This document shows, piece after piece, positions 61,014-64,000 of a DNA stretch of 64,000 nucleotides. The stretch is from a virus. The stretch covers positions 1 through 64,000 of IMG/VR virus record IMGVR_UViG_3300032046_000005; one strand, written 5' to 3'. A program made the translations under genes and the position numbers. Below the pieces are notes generated by a model. It did no database searches and was not told the DNA's origin. It worked only from the letters and a program-made list of their open reading frames with translations. Each line of letters begins with the position of its first letter. The first letter of the stretch is position 1.

Positions 61014-61850
61014 TTAGATTGTTTCATTATTTTTTTCAATTTCTTTCAATCGATTGCATAATGGTTGATTTTTGTTCAATACAGACGAATATACTTGCCA
61101 ATTTCGTTCAGAAGGATTGATTGGAATCATTATAGGACGACCAAACGAGGGAAAATTCAAGAAATCTAACATTTCGTTGAAAGTTGATATTGTATAATTG
61201 TTCAAGTCTTCTAATCTGAATTTCTTGCATCTTGGATCGTTAATTTCTTTACCATATACAAGTTGATAATGTTCTTCAGTTTTTCTCATTGCAGTTTCTC
61301 TTTGTTCTCCAGTCCATTCTACATTAAAGTATAATTCATGTGCTTTTATCATTGTATCGTGATCTCTTTGAACGATTACAACTCTATCGTATTGATTTTC
61401 ATCTGGATCTTTTTTGTTTAAAAGTGCTTGAGGATCAACGTTATATACATTATTCCATTTTTTAGGCAATGGCAATCGGTTTCTTGTAGCGATCAAAGCA
61501 GAAATTTCGGTATTTTTTTTGGTTACGAATTCGATTGGAATGCCAAACATTGATTCATGAATATTGCTCAAAATTTTAATGATCCAACTGATTCCACACC
61601 TTTCTTGACTTACAAAAATTGTGTTGAGTTCATAAGGAAGCTTATTATTTAACTTTGGAAGATATGGTTTAATGTAATCTCTTCTCAAGTATAAATAATT
61701 CTCTTTTGAAATCCAATTATGCAATCTACATTCTAAATTAACACATTCTACATCAAAAAACAATTCTCCATTGCTATCAATTGCTTGTTTCAATAATAGA
61801 GGGTTTAATATTTCTCCACAATTTTTACATTTCATGATATAACACTTCAT
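61014..61850 (-). CDS. Sulfotransferase-like protein with N-terminal Zn ribbon
   Basis: FVSQERCGISW (PAPS-loop-like), IVQRD, RLEDL, LDFL. Confidence 0.55.
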   Translation of the reverse strand: MKCYIMKCKNCGEILNPLLLKQAIDSNGELFFDVECVNLECRLHNWISKENYLYLRRDYIKPYLPKLNNKLPYELNTIFVSQERCGISWIIKILSNIHESMFGIPIEFVTKKNTEISALIATRNRLPLPKKWNNVYNVDPQALLNKKDPDENQYDRVVIVQRDHDTMIKAHELYFNVEWTGEQRETAMRKTEEHYQLVYGKEINDPRCKKFRLEDLNNYTISTFNEMLDFLNFPSFGRPIMIPINPSERNWQVYSSVLNKNQPLCNRLKEIEKNNETI

Positions 61851-62583
61851 AATCTCTTTTCATTTGTTCTGCAGTCAAGTTTCTCCATGTAATTTTATTC
61901 TTATTTTCGTTTTGTTTCATTAGTAAATCACGATCAAAAACTTTTGATCCGGCATAATGAATTATATGCGAATCAAATCGATTAGGAGAAAAATATGTTA
62001 TATGATTAAATTTATAACTTAGATTATAAATCTCAAACCTTAGTTTTCTAATCATATAATTTAAATAATCTTGTTCTGGAGTAACAATACCATTTATTTT
62101 TTGTACATTATTTATTTCTTCTATTGTTGTATTAAAGATTTCTTTATGTTGTCTAGAAGCAACTATAACTCCTGCGTTCATATAACCTGATTTCCAATTT
62201 AAATCACCCAAATGTTTTTGTATGTTTATAATTCGTTCATTTCTGTTTGATTCTGGTATTCCTTCATCTTCAAAAATGCCACCAATTTTATTTTCTGGAA
62301 CAATTTCAAATATATTTGGACAATTAGGAGTAATAATAACATCATAATCCAATCTAAGTATCCTATCGTATTTATCAAAAAGTTCATATATTTGATTCTT
62401 TTCAAACAAATTAATATTAGAATAAGTATCAAATGGTTCTATGTTATATTTCATTTGTGTTATAATTTCTAAATGCAAGTTATATTTTTCACAATACTTT
62501 AAAACTGATGGTTTACAAACTTCCCACTCTTTACTTTCTCCAATTACTATTGGAACAACAACATTAACAGGCTTATTTCTCAT
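61825..62583 (-). CDS. GT-A glycosyltransferase (GT8-like)
   Basis: LDYD, MNAGV, EQDYLN, IIHYAG. Confidence 0.85.
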   Translation of the reverse strand: MRNKPVNVVVPIVIGESKEWEVCKPSVLKYCEKYNLHLEIITQMKYNIEPFDTYSNINLFEKNQIYELFDKYDRILRLDYDVIITPNCPNIFEIVPENKIGGIFEDEGIPESNRNERIINIQKHLGDLNWKSGYMNAGVIVASRQHKEIFNTTIEEINNVQKINGIVTPEQDYLNYMIRKLRFEIYNLSYKFNHITYFSPNRFDSHIIHYAGSKVFDRDLLMKQNENKNKITWRNLTAEQMKRDYEVLYHEM

Positions 62584-62734
62584 GTTTTATCATCATTCAA
62601 ATAAAATTTCCCATCTTTTTCTTTCCAACAAAAATGTTCTGGAGGATATTCTTTATTGATTGCCCGATATAAATCTTCTTTATTCCTTATTATTTTTTCT
62701 AGTTCTTTCAATAACTTTCCTTTTTCATTTTTCA

Positions 62735-63439
62735 TTATTTACTACTCCTCGCTGAAAAGTTTGTAAAATCAATCATGTTTGAACCTTTTTCAACAACTAA
62801 AAAATATTCGTAAAATCTAAAAGGTAATTTATTTGTAAAATTTTTATTTGAAAAATCTCCTCGCTTTAAGAAATAATATTCTGACAACATTTTATGATTT
62901 TTTTCGTTTAATTGAGTTTGTAATTCAATTACATCAGTAAATGAATTAGGATGTCCTTTTTTTTTAGCTAATATTTCAGCATTACGAGCTAATTTATCAT
63001 TTCCGAAATAATTTATATTTTTTCCGGTAATTAATAATTTCCCACCTATTTTCAAAACTCTTAACATTTCAGAAAGCGATTTTTCTTGTTCTAAAGCGTC
63101 AAATGTTGCCATGCATATTACACGATCAAAAAAATCACTATGAAATGGAAGTCTTTCTGCTTCAGTCTTTATTATTTCAACGGTATTATCATTTGAATGT
63201 TTTTTTGCTTCATTTATCATTTTTTCTGAAATATCGATTGCATATACTTTTACATCAAGTTTTGAATAATATTGAAACAATCTTCCAAAACCACATCCGA
63301 CTTCCAAAACTTTACCTTGTATGTTTGTTTGGCTAATCATCCATTCAATAACATCATCATTAGGAACTTCTTTTATATTTTTTACTTTTTCTTTCCAATA
63401 ATCGTAATAATTGTTCCAATATTCTTCTTTACTATTCAT
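62735..63439 (-). CDS. Class I SAM-dependent methyltransferase
   Basis: VLEVGCGFGR, IDIS, LPF...FD, RVLKIGG. Confidence 0.9.
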   Translation of the reverse strand: MNSKEEYWNNYYDYWKEKVKNIKEVPNDDVIEWMISQTNIQGKVLEVGCGFGRLFQYYSKLDVKVYAIDISEKMINEAKKHSNDNTVEIIKTEAERLPFHSDFFDRVICMATFDALEQEKSLSEMLRVLKIGGKLLITGKNINYFGNDKLARNAEILAKKKGHPNSFTDVIELQTQLNEKNHKMLSEYYFLKRGDFSNKNFTNKLPFRFYEYFLVVEKGSNMIDFTNFSARSSK

Positions 63440-64000
63440 GTAAAACCCTTCTTTTTATTGTATTAGAATCAACATCTAAAACAACGATTTCAGTCATACC
63501 ATTATCTGTATTAGAAGCAATTCCTATTTTATCTATTGCTTTTTTAGGAAGCGTATAAAAATCAAAAGTGAAAGTCCACCAATTATCACTACGATAATCC
63601 AAATTTTGCCAAATGTATTCACCAGATTTAGTTTTGATTGCAAGAAAAGGTTGAGTTCCAAATATGTTATTTTCTGATATTACATTTAATCTTGAAGAAT
63701 CAAAAGTAAGACTGAATTTGGGAGGGTTTAAATTGGTCGTGTTTGTGACATTTCTTATTCCTTCATTGGCATTACAATATCTAAATTTAACATCTGGATA
63801 TTCTCCTGATACAATTCGTATCATATTTTGTGTTCTATTAATTTCCTTTTTCATATTTCTATAATCGTGATCAGCAAACGAAATCAAGGTTGGTAAACCT
63901 TCTGAAGCTCGTTTGAATCCATCTCTAAAATCATTAATTGAAATTTCTTTTACTCTCGCTTCCATATTCAAACATCTTGCAATCAAACGATGACAATTTC
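63432..64000 (-). CDS. Partial protein truncated by the window edge, possibly a glycan-locus enzyme
   Basis: Frame open to the window end; no diagnostic motif identified. Confidence 0.45.
   Translation of the reverse strand, partial: NCHRLIARCLNMEARVKEISINDFRDGFKRASEGLPTLISFADHDYRNMKKEINRTQNMIRIVSGEYPDVKFRYCNANEGIRNVTNTTNLNPPKFSLTFDSSRLNVISENNIFGTQPFLAIKTKSGEYIWQNLDYRSDNWWTFTFDFYTLPKKAIDKIGIASNTDNGMTEIVVLDVDSNTIKRRVLHE

Larger units (their letters stand above)
1..64000. mobile_element. Head-tail archaeal virus or provirus segment (early arm on +, morphogenesis arm on -, converging at ~40267)
   Basis: Conserved Caudoviricetes gene order (protease, scaffold, decoration, capsid, adaptor, terminator, tube, chaperones, tape measure, tail); dense small ORFs with overlapping stop/start codons; archaeal PCNA, Pth2 and TATA boxes. 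Confidence 0.93.

Noticed and set aside
498-63864. Many opposite-strand ORFs in the track (e.g. 2274-2603, 47892-48332, 54616-55212)
   Set aside because: Shadows of real genes: F/S/L-rich, no motifs, against the local gene orientation
1-64000. Stop-codon reassignment
   Set aside because: Conserved genes are full length under the standard code, and TAA, TGA and TAG all end genes at sensible positions
1-64000. Eukaryotic giant virus or cellular chromosome
   Set aside because: Tail and tape measure module, prokaryotic RBS and overlapping operons; no NCLDV core genes or housekeeping operons seen

Overview
A 64-kb, very AT-rich segment of a head-tail (Caudoviricetes-like) archaeal virus or provirus. 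Positions 1-40270 are + strand early, replication and accessory genes: PCNA, a DnaG-type primase-helicase, a DinG/XPD helicase, four DNA methyltransferases, a Sak4-like ATPase with a Cas4-like nuclease, Thg1-like, Pth2, a ubiquitin-like protein, radical SAM enzymes and many small Cys-rich ORFs. Positions 40267-64000 are - strand morphogenesis genes: membrane proteins, tail, tape measure, frameshifted tail chaperones, tail tube, adaptor, capsid, decoration protein, scaffold, a DUF2213-type protease, two large head proteins and a glycan-modification cluster. Archaeal TATA promoters, GGTGA/GAGG ribosome-binding sites, Pth2 and a PCNA that from memory resembles Lokiarchaeia (Asgard) clamps suggest an archaeal, possibly Asgard, host; no search was run. 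The strongest finding is a 22-nt bulge-helix-bulge (tRNA-type) intron at 17900-17921 that interrupts a viral methyltransferase right after its catalytic SPPY motif. Other notable signals are ACG start codons in AACGA context, PIP-box tails on the methyltransferases and helicase, virion-protein domains copied into early genes, and DF(T/V)ED-punctuated head polyproteins. Portal, terminase, DNA polymerase, integrase, tRNAs and CRISPR arrays were not seen. All product calls come from motif recognition by eye.
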